Source: Acidobacteriaceae bacterium (GTDB lineage: Bacteria > Acidobacteriota > Terriglobia > Bryobacterales > Bryobacteraceae). Taken from it: a DNA stretch of 58,220 nucleotides. Numbering within the stretch: position 1 is the first letter of the stretch; the number at the start of each line of letters is the position of its first letter. Positions 42,463-51,536 of the stretch are shown piece by piece. The stretch is from contig JAFARV010000676.1 in assembly GCA_019245255.1 (NCBI GenBank), positions 1 to 58,220 of the forward strand. Reading direction: 5' to 3'. Under the pieces are notes generated by a model. It did not search any database, was not told the origin of the DNA, and saw only the letters and a list, made by a program, of their open reading frames with translations. The translations under genes and the position numbers were made by a program.

Positions 42463-44169
42463 ATGGCGCAGTTAAAGAAGTTACTCGAAAGCCTGTCGCT
42501 GAAGCAGAAGGTCTCCATAGGGGTTGCGGCCCTGGTGGTGATTGCGGCGATTTACGGCTTTACGCGTTTGCGCCATGAGCAAGACTTCAAGCCGCTGTAT
42601 ACGGGCGTCGCGGCTGAGGACGCGGCGGCCATCATTCAAAAGATAAAAGAAAGCGGAACCGAGTACCGGCTATCGGACACCGGAGGGGTAATATCTGTTC
42701 CATCGAGCAGGGTGGCCGAACTGCGCTTGGAACTTGCAGCCGCAGGCCTGCCGCGCACAGGGCGCATTGGGTTCGAACTGTTCGATAAGACGAATTTCGG
42801 TGCAACCGAATTTGTCGAACATGTGAACTACAACCGCGCGCTCGAAGGTGAACTGGAACGCTCAATTGGGACGTTGAATCCGGTGGAACAGGCGCGCGTT
42901 CATTTGACGGCCGCAAAAGATTCGGTGTTTGTGGAAGCGCGGGAGCAGGCGAAGGCGAGCGTGGTGGTGAAGTTGAGGCTCGGCTCGGTTTTAACACCGC
43001 AGAATGTGACGGCGATTCAACAACTGGTTTCAAGCGCCGTGGAAGGTCTGGACCCGGCCGATGTCTCGGTGGTGGATACACGCGGCAATCTGCTGAGCAA
43101 GCGGAAGGCGTCGTCGCAGGAGGATTCCTCCGATGCGGTATTTGAGCGCAAACAGCTGATCGAACACGACCTGCTCCAAAAGATCAATGACACGCTGGAG
43201 CCGTTGCTGGGGCACGATAAGTTTCGCGCGGGCGTGACGGTCGACTGCGATCTGACGACAGCGGAACAAAGCGAAGAGACTTATGATCCGACCAAGTCGG
43301 TGATGACGAATTCAAAGAAGTCGGAGGAAGTGACGACTTCGAATGCGACGGCAGGTATTCCGGGGACGGCTTCGAATCTGCCGCGGCCTCCGGTGCGCGC
43401 CGGCGGCCCGAGCAATATGACCACGCGCCGGACCGAGGACATCAGCTACGAATCGAGCCATGTAGTGCGGAAAATGCATATTCCGGATGGCGGTTTGAAG
43501 CGGATGTCCGTTTCAGTCCTGCTGGATCAGCGGATTCAGTGGGAAGGGAAAGGCAAGGCAATGCATGCAGTTCCGGTCCCACCGACACCGGAGACGATCA
43601 AGGCGGTACACGATCTGGTGGCCGGCGTCACCGGATTTGCGCAGGAACGCGGCGACCAGATCACGATCGAGTCGCTGCCGTTTGAAGCCACTTTGGAGCA
43701 GGTGGCGCCGCCGCAAGCAGCGCCGGCGGCTCCGGGAAAGAGCAAGCCGGGTAACTGGAAAGACTTACTGAAGGATCAGAAGATGTTGTTAATTGCCGCA
43801 GGCGCGGGCGCAGTGGCTATCTTGCTGTTGGCCGGTACGGGAGTGTTCTTCTTTATGCGCCGGGGCAAGAAGCGCCAAGTGAAAGACGCCGAAAAAGCGC
43901 ATCCAAAGGCCGATTTGACAAAAACGGTAGAGGACGCCAAGGCCAAGGCTGAACTGGAAGCCGCAAATGCCGCCGACCAGCTGGAAGCGGCGCTGGCGGA
44001 GCGGATGGCGGAACAGCACAAGGCCGATATGGCGGCGCTGGCGGCACTGAAGCTGCCCACAGTTACGACGAAAAAGAGCGAACTGCTGACCAAGGAAATC
44101 CGCGAGAGCACTAAGAAAGATCCGAGCGTTTCGGCACATGTAATTCAGACCTGGTTGCACGAGGGCTAA
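42463..44169 (+). CDS. fliF: flagellar MS-ring protein FliF
   Basis: 568 aa. N-terminal TM, YTGVAAEDAAAIIQKIKESG, RALEGELERSI, second TM near the C-terminus. Confidence 0.95.
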   Translation: MAQLKKLLESLSLKQKVSIGVAALVVIAAIYGFTRLRHEQDFKPLYTGVAAEDAAAIIQKIKESGTEYRLSDTGGVISVPSSRVAELRLELAAAGLPRTGRIGFELFDKTNFGATEFVEHVNYNRALEGELERSIGTLNPVEQARVHLTAAKDSVFVEAREQAKASVVVKLRLGSVLTPQNVTAIQQLVSSAVEGLDPADVSVVDTRGNLLSKRKASSQEDSSDAVFERKQLIEHDLLQKINDTLEPLLGHDKFRAGVTVDCDLTTAEQSEETYDPTKSVMTNSKKSEEVTTSNATAGIPGTASNLPRPPVRAGGPSNMTTRRTEDISYESSHVVRKMHIPDGGLKRMSVSVLLDQRIQWEGKGKAMHAVPVPPTPETIKAVHDLVAGVTGFAQERGDQITIESLPFEATLEQVAPPQAAPAAPGKSKPGNWKDLLKDQKMLLIAAGAGAVAILLLAGTGVFFFMRRGKKRQVKDAEKAHPKADLTKTVEDAKAKAELEAANAADQLEAALAERMAEQHKADMAALAALKLPTVTTKKSELLTKEIRESTKKDPSVSAHVIQTWLHEG

Positions 44170-44193
44170 CGTGCACCGCGACAGAGCCCGGAA

Positions 44194-45234
44194 ATGATAC
44201 AAAACGCTCCCCCCGGCGCAGAACTGACGCCGGTAATGCGAGGCACAACAAAGGCCGCGATGCTGCTGATCCTGCTTGGGGATCAGGCGAGCGCCGATAT
44301 CATCAAGCATCTGCCTGAGGACGATGTTCAGATGGTGACGCGAGAGATCGCGCGCATGAAGAAGATCCCTCCCGAACAGGCAGAAGATGTTCTGGAAGAG
44401 TTCTTTCAGATGACCACGGCGCGGAAATACGTGCTGACCGGCGGTCTCGATTACGCAAAGAGCGTATTAGTAAATGCATTTGGCCCGGACGCGGCCCGCA
44501 AGCTGATGGATCGCCTGATGAAGGCGATGGGCACTGACATGTCGAACTTCGACGCCATTCAGAAAGCCGACCCGCAGCAGCTGGCGAAGTTTCTTCACTC
44601 GGAGCATCCACAAACAATCGCGCTGGTGCTCGCGCACTTGAATCCGTCGCAGGCAGCGGCGCTGCTTTCCAATATGCCGCCGTCGCAACGCGCCGATCTG
44701 GCATTGCGTGTGGCAAGCCTCGATCAGATATCGCCTGAGGTCATCAACAAAATCGCGACCGTTATCGGGCAGAAGCTGAATGCGCTGGGCGAATTCAGCC
44801 GCGAGTCATACGGCGGCGTGCGCGCGGTTGCGGAAATGTTTAACCGGCTCGATTCGGACACGAGTAAAGAGCTTTTGGCCCACATTGAGTCGCAGGATCC
44901 AACGCTGGTCGAGACGATTCGGCATCTGATGTTCGTATTCGACGATCTGCTGTTGCTCGGCCAGGAAGCGATTAAAGAGATTCTGGCACGGGTGGACCGC
45001 AAGATACCGATGGTGGCGCTAAAGGGCACCAGCGAGCAGATCAAGCAACACTTCCTCGGATGCATGTCCGAGCGCGGCGCGCAGATGATGCTCGAGGATA
45101 TGGACGCGCTGGGTCCGGTGAAGATCAAGGAAGTGGAAGCGGCGCAGCAGGAAATCATTGCCGTCGTCCGCAAGCTGGAGGCGGAGGGCGTGATCAGTCT
45201 CCGCGGTACGGTCGGCGAGCAGTATGTTGTCTAA
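44194..45234 (+). CDS. fliG: flagellar motor switch protein FliG
   Basis: 346 aa. AAMLLILLGDQASADIIKHL, MFVFDDL, EAAQQEIIAVVRKLEAEGVI. Confidence 0.95.
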   Translation: MIQNAPPGAELTPVMRGTTKAAMLLILLGDQASADIIKHLPEDDVQMVTREIARMKKIPPEQAEDVLEEFFQMTTARKYVLTGGLDYAKSVLVNAFGPDAARKLMDRLMKAMGTDMSNFDAIQKADPQQLAKFLHSEHPQTIALVLAHLNPSQAAALLSNMPPSQRADLALRVASLDQISPEVINKIATVIGQKLNALGEFSRESYGGVRAVAEMFNRLDSDTSKELLAHIESQDPTLVETIRHLMFVFDDLLLLGQEAIKEILARVDRKIPMVALKGTSEQIKQHFLGCMSERGAQMMLEDMDALGPVKIKEVEAAQQEIIAVVRKLEAEGVISLRGTVGEQYVV

Positions 45235-45955
45235 AATTCTGCGGGACGAGCAGAAAGATGCAGTGGAGCCGCTTCCGTGGCGGCGCGTGGGCGGCGGCGC
45301 ATCTCCAGCTCCAGTTGCAGCGCCGGCGACGGTGAAGGCTCCCGTGCCGGTGGTGATGCACCGAACCGCGGGCGGGCATTTTCAACAGGAATCCGTGCTG
45401 CAGCAGGAAATCCAAACCTTGCAGGCGCGCATGGCTGAACTTGAAGCAGCCGCAGAGCGGCGGGTTCGGGAAACGCGCGAAGCGGCATATAAAGAGGGTG
45501 AGGCTGCGGGGCGCAACCAGGGGACCGCGCAAGTCCAGCCGGTTTTAGATAAGCTGGCGCAGTCCATACGGGAAATCGTCGATATGCGTCCGAAGCTGAG
45601 GCACGAAGCGGAAACAGACGTCGTGAAGCTGGCGTTAGCGATCGCGAAAAAGGTATTGCATCGTGAGCTGGTAGCCGAACCCGAAGCCCTCCTGGGGTTG
45701 ATTCGCGTGTCCATGGACAAAATCCGTGTGAATGAAATCGTGCGCGTGCGGACCAACCCGCAACATCATGGGCCGATACAAGCGGCGATCGCGCGCTTTT
45801 CGATGGGCGCGAAGGTGGAGATCCTGGCAGATGCAAAGTTGCCGCTGGGCGGCATCGTGATCGAGACCACGCGCGGTGAGTTCGATGCCTCCGTCGATAT
45901 GCAGTTGAAGGAAATCGAGCGCGGCCTGACGGATCGCCTGGCGCATTCGCGTTGA
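45224..45955 (+). CDS. fliH: flagellar assembly protein FliH
   Basis: 243 aa between fliG and fliI. Coiled N-terminal half and a FliH-like C-terminus (GGIVIETTRGEFDASVDMQLKEI). Confidence 0.8.
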   Translation: MLSKILRDEQKDAVEPLPWRRVGGGASPAPVAAPATVKAPVPVVMHRTAGGHFQQESVLQQEIQTLQARMAELEAAAERRVRETREAAYKEGEAAGRNQGTAQVQPVLDKLAQSIREIVDMRPKLRHEAETDVVKLALAIAKKVLHRELVAEPEALLGLIRVSMDKIRVNEIVRVRTNPQHHGPIQAAIARFSMGAKVEILADAKLPLGGIVIETTRGEFDASVDMQLKEIERGLTDRLAHSR

Positions 45956-46063
45956 CATGGAATTTGCTGGGTCAAAAATTGCGCAGGGTCGAAGAGCCGA
46001 ATTGGCGGCCTATGCGGCCGCCGCAGGCCGAGGGCCCGCCCCACTCAAAGCTGAAGGGCTGAC

Positions 46064-47383
46064 ATGGAAGCGATTGATATAGCCCCGTATCTGCGTAAGA
46101 TCGAGCGCATGCCTGGCGGTGTATGGCGCGGACATGTGACGGAAGTCACCGGCCTGTTAATCGAATCCAGCGGACCGGCGGTTGCGGTCGGGGATTTCTG
46201 CGAAATTCAAACGTTCACCGGGCGGGTGGTGAGGACACAAGTGATCGGGTTTCGAAATGGGCGGGTGTTGTCGATGCCGCTCGAAGAGACCGACGGTCTG
46301 CAGATGGGCGATCCGATCATCGCGCGCAGCGAAAAAGCCGGCGTGCTGGTTGGACCGTCGCTGCTCGGCCGTGTGCTCGATGGCTTCGGCGAACCGATGG
46401 ACGGCGGTCCACCGGTGGAGGAAGACGCAAACTATGAGCTGTACCGTCAGCCGCCCAGCCCGCTGGCGCGCGAGCACATCACGCAGCCGCTCATCACTGG
46501 CATGCGTGCCATTGACAGCCTCCTGCCGTGCGGGAAAGGGCAGCGAATCGGCATCTTCGGCGGTAGCGGTGTAGGAAAAAGCACCCTGCTCGGGGCGATG
46601 TGCAAGCACAATTCGGCGGATGTGGTGGTGATTGCCCTCATCGGCGAACGCAATCGCGAAGTGCGCGCGTTTCTCGAGCATGAACTCGGTCCGGAAGGCC
46701 GGAAGCGCGCCGTAGTTGTGGTTGCCACATCGGATCGTCCGGCGCCGCTGCGAGTGCGAGCTCCGTTCGTCGCTCTCGCCGTAGCCGAGTACTTCCGCGA
46801 TCAAGGCAAGAACGTGCTGCTGGTTATGGATTCGGTGACGCGACTGGCGATGGCGCAACGCGAGATTGGTCTTGCGGCCGGCGAACCACCCAGCCAGAAA
46901 GGCTATACGCCGTCGGTGTTCAATATGCTGCCCAAGGTGTTTGAACGCGCGGGCAATTTTCCGCAGGGCTCGATTACGGGGTTCTTCACGGTGCTGGTGG
47001 AAGGCGATGATTTCAATGAGCCTATCTGCGATGCGGTCCGCGGCATTCTGGACGGGCACATTATTCTGTCGCGTCAATTGGGTGCTGCGGGACATTATCC
47101 GGCAATCGACATTCTGAACTCGGTCAGCCGCTTGCAATCCAAGGTCTCGACAGAAGAGCAGAAGGCGGCGGCGCGCAAGGTGCGCGAAGCACTGGCGTCA
47201 TATCGCGATGCGGAAGATCTGATCAACCTGGGCGCGTACGTGTCGGGCAGCAATCCCAAGCTCGATCAATGCATCAAGGCACGTCCTCACATCATCGATT
47301 TTCTGCGTCAGGATGCGGAAAAGAATGTGAGCCGGGACGAGACTCTATACGGCTTGAACAAACTGGGCGCGCTGCTCGGATAA
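46064..47383 (+). CDS. fliI: flagellum-specific ATPase FliI
   Basis: 439 aa. Walker A GIFGGSGVGKST. Walker B LLVMDSVTR. Confidence 0.95.
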   Translation: MEAIDIAPYLRKIERMPGGVWRGHVTEVTGLLIESSGPAVAVGDFCEIQTFTGRVVRTQVIGFRNGRVLSMPLEETDGLQMGDPIIARSEKAGVLVGPSLLGRVLDGFGEPMDGGPPVEEDANYELYRQPPSPLAREHITQPLITGMRAIDSLLPCGKGQRIGIFGGSGVGKSTLLGAMCKHNSADVVVIALIGERNREVRAFLEHELGPEGRKRAVVVVATSDRPAPLRVRAPFVALAVAEYFRDQGKNVLLVMDSVTRLAMAQREIGLAAGEPPSQKGYTPSVFNMLPKVFERAGNFPQGSITGFFTVLVEGDDFNEPICDAVRGILDGHIILSRQLGAAGHYPAIDILNSVSRLQSKVSTEEQKAAARKVREALASYRDAEDLINLGAYVSGSNPKLDQCIKARPHIIDFLRQDAEKNVSRDETLYGLNKLGALLG

Positions 47384-47386
47384 GCG

Positions 47387-47827
47387 ATGAAGGCGTTCCG
47401 ATTCAATCTTGCGCGGGTGCTCGACTTGCGCGAGAGCGAAGCGAAGGCGGAGGAATCGAAGCTCGAGCAGATGTATGCGATGCGCGCGCGAATGGAAGCC
47501 GAGCGGGATGCGTTAATCAACGGATTTGAGCGCATGGCGGTGGCCATCAAGTCGCAGCAGGCGCTGCAGCCGTCCGAGCTGATGGCATTGGACCGATATA
47601 AAGCACGCGTCGAGCGGGAAAAAACGGAATTGGCAGCACGCCTTCGAGCTCACGAAGAAGCGATCGGAAAACAACGGGCACGAGTTGTAGAAGCACGCGC
47701 GCGGGTGCGGCTGCTCGAGAAGCTACGTGAGAAGCGCAAGGCGGAGTGGCAGGTGGGCGCTGATCGCGAGATGGAAGAGTTAGCAGCGGACTTCTCAGCG
47801 GCGCAGTGGCTAAGAGAGCGGGGGTGA
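47387..47827 (+). CDS. fliJ: flagellar export chaperone FliJ
   Basis: 146-aa coiled-coil ORF directly after fliI. Confidence 0.8.
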   Translation: MKAFRFNLARVLDLRESEAKAEESKLEQMYAMRARMEAERDALINGFERMAVAIKSQQALQPSELMALDRYKARVEREKTELAARLRAHEEAIGKQRARVVEARARVRLLEKLREKRKAEWQVGADREMEELAADFSAAQWLRERG

Positions 47828-47852
47828 GGAGTGGGGCATAATAAGTGGTGCC

Positions 47853-48099
47853 ATGGCGAGCAGCCCGGTGTACTTAGAAATTGTCGACTTCTTCGCCTCG
47901 GGGACAACGCCGCAAGCAGTAATTGACTTCAAACCTTTCACTTGCTGCGCAGGAGCGTGCTCTTCAACTCCTGGAACTCGCCAAGGAGAATCGCCTGACA
48001 CCTGAACAGGCTTCGGAATTAGAACATTTTACTGAGTTGGAACATATCCTGCGGATGGCAAAGGCGCGCGCGCGGGAGATTCTGGCTGCCCGGCAGTGA
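47853..48099 (+). pseudogene. small helical protein (usual partner of an HNH gene), frameshifted
   Basis: MASSPVYLEIVDFFASGTTPQAVIDFKPF then a 1-nt frame change. It continues LAAQERALQLLELAKENRLTPEQASELEHFTELEHILRMAKARAREILAARQ-stop (48097-48099). Confidence 0.5.
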
Positions 48100-48254
48100 A
48101 TTGGCCGGGAGCTGTACGCCGGCTGGTCGAAAGCCGGGCACAACGCCGATGCGAGTATTGCCTGTTGCATGAAGAGGACGCGGGATTCCCGCACCACATT
48201 GACAGCCGAAAACATGGCGGATCAAGTGAGCCGGATAACCTAGCAAGTGCATAA
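48096..48254 (+). pseudogene. HNH endonuclease remnant (52 codons)
   Basis: VRRLVESRAQRRCEYCLLHEEDAGFPHHIDSRKHGGSSEPDNLASA-stop. The HNH core is truncated and the C-terminal CxxC half is missing. Confidence 0.5.
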
Positions 48255-48270
48255 CTGGGCATTTTGGCCG

Positions 48271-48393
48271 TTGCGTCTGCTCGACACGTTACGTGAGAAG
48301 CGGAAGGCCCAGTCGCAAGTAGCGGCTGATCGTGAGATGCAGGAATGAGCAAGGGATCTGGCAGCGGCGCAATGGCTGCGCGGCGCTGGCGCG
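48271..48393 (+). repeat. displaced duplicate of the fliJ 3' end (direct repeat of 47705-47827)
   Basis: Encodes RLLDTLREKRKAQSQVAADREMQE-TGA-ARDLAAAQWLRG, compared with fliJ RLLEKLREKRKAEWQVGADREMEELAADFSAAQWLRERG. 17 mismatches in the first 75 nt by manual alignment. Confidence 0.7.
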
Positions 48394-48447
48394 CGGAGAA
48401 CATCCGTCCGATGAAGTCTTAGCCGGTATCCCGTTCGCGTTGTTTGT

Positions 48448-48833
48448 TCATGGCCTGTCTTTCAGCACAAGCTCACGAACGCGCAATCCGGACACGCGCT
48501 GAAGCCTTCTGTCGTTCGTCAGCAGTTCTGCGTCGAAAACGAGGGCGGTAGCAACAATAATCGCATCCGGAAGCTTCAACTGTTCTTGCCGACGCAACTG
48601 TATTGCACGCGCTTCGACGTCTTGCGTCAGGGTCACGACAGCCACTTCGCTCAGAAAGTCCCGAATCTGCTTTTCACTCGTCGTATCGAGTGCGGGATAA
48701 GAAAGCAGCTCCATCTTTGGATTACAGAAACCAAATACTCGCCCGCAGGCGGCGGCACCGCCAATCGCCCGCCCAGGAGATAGAGGACAGCATCGTGTCC
48801 AGCAGCCGTCTCACCGCCACTCGTCGCGCACAC
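48448..48833 (-). pseudogene. vapC: PIN-domain VapC with two frameshifts
   Basis: Three frames read RRLLDT / DAVLYLLGGRLAVPPPAGEYLVSVI / MELLSYPALD...LPDAIIVATALVFDAELLTNDRRL. Confidence 0.6.
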
Positions 48834-49014
48834 GTTCTTGGTACGTCAGCGGGTCTTCGGTTAACTGCAAGACACCGCTGTAACGCGTCAAGTCGACCGC
48901 ACCCGGCGTTCGCGAAGAACCTTCCTGCATCGCTTCAAGGATCCGGATGACTTTCTGCACCTGGTCTTCACTAAGTTCATCAATGGCACGATGGAGGTCT
49001 TGTCTGGTCGTCAT
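48811..49014 (-). CDS. vapB: VapB-type antitoxin
   Basis: ATG at 49014. MTTRQDLHRAIDELSEDQVQKVIRILEAM...YQERVRDEWR. Overlaps the vapC relic. Confidence 0.6.
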   Translation of the reverse strand: MTTRQDLHRAIDELSEDQVQKVIRILEAMQEGSSRTPGAVDLTRYSGVLQLTEDPLTYQERVRDEWR

Positions 49015-49212
49015 TGCTGGCACCACGTTTTAATAGTTGTGGCCGGTCGTCGCGTAACCCGGCACACCAGCCTAGCAGATTTCGTGAAGGATAACGTTTT
49101 AGTGACGGCACGTCAACTGTCGTGAGGTCGGCTTCGGCCTCAACGCCGGTTTTCTTGCCGTGCTACATTCCTGCTTAAACACCAATGTACGGGCCGAATT
49201 TTCAGTGAGCCG

Positions 49213-49959
49213 ATGACGGACGTTCGCTCGCGGGTGGAAGTAAAAAAGGCGGAATTGGATCGTTTGCGGCCACTCGCGAGACGGGGACTTGCGGCGTTGG
49301 CCGCGTGGTATGACGTGGAACTGACCTACACGTCAAACGCGATCGAAGGCAATACACTGACACGCGTCGAAACTGCTGAGGTAATCGAGAAGGGCCTTAC
49401 CATAGGCGGTAAGCCGCTCAAGGATCATCTCGAGGCGATTGGGCATAAAGAGGCGCTCAGGTTTGTGCGCGACCTGGCGCAGAGGGAAGATCCGGTGCGT
49501 GAATCAGATGTGCGGCAAATTCACGCGCTGATCCTGATGTCGGCGGACCCATCTGAAGCTGGTAAGTATTCCGATCACGACCGCGTCATCAAAGGCTCGC
49601 CTCTAGTGTTGCCCTCGGCATGGGAGCTGAAGCCGCTGATGAGCGATTTCGGCGTGTGGCTTTCGGCCGTTGAGCCGGGTCCGGAAGCGGCATTTGATGC
49701 GCACGCGAAACTCGTTACGATTCATCCGTTCAGCGATGGGAATGGCCGTACGGCCAGGCTGCTGATGAACCTGCTGCTGTTGCGTGCCGGATATGCACCC
49801 GTTGTCATTGGGCCGGAGCATCGGATCCGATATCTGGACAGTCTGCAGGCGCTACAGCTTCACGGTCACGAAGAGCCGTATAAGCAGTTTCTGTACGAGC
49901 GTCTGGAATCCGGTTTGGACGAGCACCTACGGAGACTACACCCGGATCTTGAGGCATGA
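49213..49959 (+). CDS. Fic-family protein (class II, N-terminal inhibitory helix)
   Basis: 248 aa. Fic motif HPFSDGNGRTARLL. An alpha-inh-type motif SNAIEGN lies upstream. Confidence 0.9.
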   Translation: MTDVRSRVEVKKAELDRLRPLARRGLAALAAWYDVELTYTSNAIEGNTLTRVETAEVIEKGLTIGGKPLKDHLEAIGHKEALRFVRDLAQREDPVRESDVRQIHALILMSADPSEAGKYSDHDRVIKGSPLVLPSAWELKPLMSDFGVWLSAVEPGPEAAFDAHAKLVTIHPFSDGNGRTARLLMNLLLLRAGYAPVVIGPEHRIRYLDSLQALQLHGHEEPYKQFLYERLESGLDEHLRRLHPDLEA

Positions 49960-50514
49960 ACAAAGCCTACGTCCGCAGCCGGCCGCATCATCCCGGAAAG
50001 CATCAGCGCGCTGTCCGATATGTAAAGTGTGAATCGATTCTGGGAGGACGCGGCCAGCATCTTCGAGACTGCCACGGCGGTTCGAGATGGCGCGGATTCC
50101 GAGATTGCGATCCTTGTTGACGCGCGCAATGGTCTCCGGATCGTCGATGCGGCAGGGTGGGGCTTAGACGCCTTACGCCGGGAATATCAGGCATCCACCG
50201 CTTACACGGTCAAACGTTCCGGCGGCTCCGTTACAGTCGAAGCACAAAACGGGTCCGATCGCTGCATGCTGAAGAAGACAAGCACCGGTAATGCTCTGCC
50301 GAATCTGCTCGGCGGCATCCCTCATCACCTGGTCCGGGAAGCGGTTCCCGCTCTGCTGGCGTAACCCACAAATACTCTGGTCACCCCTTCCCTCCTCGTT
50401 TGCAGGAACATTCAGCCACATTCTGCGGCACTGTATGGGACTTTTTCTTAGCCCGATTGGTTGTGTGTGTGATAGCATATAGTTCACATAACTGTAAGCC
50501 GGTGAGCACCTCGT

Positions 50515-50730
50515 ATGGACACCAGACCCGATCCCATGAGCAGGCAGGATGTGATCGAGGCGGATGAAATCGAGCTGGTACTACGATTCGCGGAAATTCG
50601 CGATCTCATTGTGTCCCGTGGCTATACGGAAATCCGGCTAGTAAACCCTAAAACATTGGAAACCCGCATACTTACACCTTCGGATTTGGGTTTGCAGCCG
50701 AAGAACGGGCGGGCGGGCGATGCGGAGTAA
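50515..50730 (+). CDS. hypothetical small protein (paralog of 50927 ORF C-terminus)
   Basis: 71 aa. GYTEIRLVNPKTLETRILTPS aligns with GFSQIILRNPQTNQEKTIVIPS. Confidence 0.4.
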   Translation: MDTRPDPMSRQDVIEADEIELVLRFAEIRDLIVSRGYTEIRLVNPKTLETRILTPSDLGLQPKNGRAGDAE

Positions 50731-50926
50731 GCCTCGTATGTAGTACACTGCGTGGCACAAACCGTCACAATGGCAGGACTATTGTGGTGCCAGTTAGTAC
50801 TACTGTGATGATATCAATATTGACATCGAACGAACGCAGCAGAGAGAATGTTTTGCGAGGTCTCTCTAGGACCACGACGACGTCTAGAGAATGAACACCA
50901 GGAACGAAAAGGAGGTGCTTTGCACA

Positions 50927-51199
50927 ATGTCCCAGCGGGTCGTTTTCACGTTTGACGACAGCAGCTTGGAAAGTTTGAGGCAAGTCCAGGATAGAGGAGA
51001 ATTCTCATCCATGGGGACCGCTGTGCGCGAGTCGGTACAACTCAGCGAGATCCTGCAGGACCAGGTTGCTGAGGGCTTCTCGCAAATCATCCTGCGGAAT
51101 CCTCAAACGAATCAAGAGAAAACGATCGTGATCCCCTCGTTGCAGAAGATCGCGAAATCGGTCCGGGCAAAACAGAAAGCGGATAAGCAAGTGAGCTGA
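50927..51199 (+). CDS. hypothetical small protein
   Basis: ATG at 50927 lies 9 nt behind AAGGAGGTG. MSQRVVFTFDDSSLESLRQV. Confidence 0.55.
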   Translation: MSQRVVFTFDDSSLESLRQVQDRGEFSSMGTAVRESVQLSEILQDQVAEGFSQIILRNPQTNQEKTIVIPSLQKIAKSVRAKQKADKQVS

Positions 51200-51204
51200 C
51201 TGAA

Positions 51205-51504
51205 ATGCATCCCGATGATCAGCCACTCGATGGGGGATCAACTGCAGATCCGCCGGACAGAGCCACGATCGAGGTCAAAGGGCCGTTTGATGTCGAGAAG
51301 CATCGCGGCGTTGTCACCGTGTGGCTGATCGCTCTCCTCGCCGTCGTGATTGTCGGCCATTATTGCTGCTTGCTGGTTATGGAATGGAACGGCAAAAAGG
51401 CCGACGAGTTGACGAGCGCATTCAATGTGGCGCTTCCGGTTATATCGGGACTGACAGGCTCTGCTGTCGCTTATTACTTCACGAAAGAACAGACCCGGAA
51501 ATGA
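51205..51504 (+). CDS. hypothetical two-TM membrane protein
   Basis: 99 aa. Starts 6 nt after the previous stop. TM segments VTVWLIALLAVVIVGHYCCLLV and VALPVISGLTGSAVAYY. Confidence 0.5.
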   Translation: MHPDDQPLDGGSTADPPDRATIEVKGPFDVEKHRGVVTVWLIALLAVVIVGHYCCLLVMEWNGKKADELTSAFNVALPVISGLTGSAVAYYFTKEQTRK

Positions 51505-51536
51505 AGGGGCGTGTCGGGCGCGCTCGAAAGCCGCAG

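Noticed and set aside
46157-47137. 326-aa ORF antisense to fliI, and similar long antisense ORFs at 14531..15400, 18638..19459, 45231..45836 and 43789..44310
   Set aside because: All lie opposite strongly supported flagellar genes, have Arg/His/Pro-rich low-complexity translations and carry no motifs. They are shadow ORFs.
50029-50364. 111-aa GTG-initiated ORF after the Fic gene
   Set aside because: It has no motif and no clear ribosome-binding site, and competing antisense ORFs are of similar length. Evidence is too weak for a feature call.
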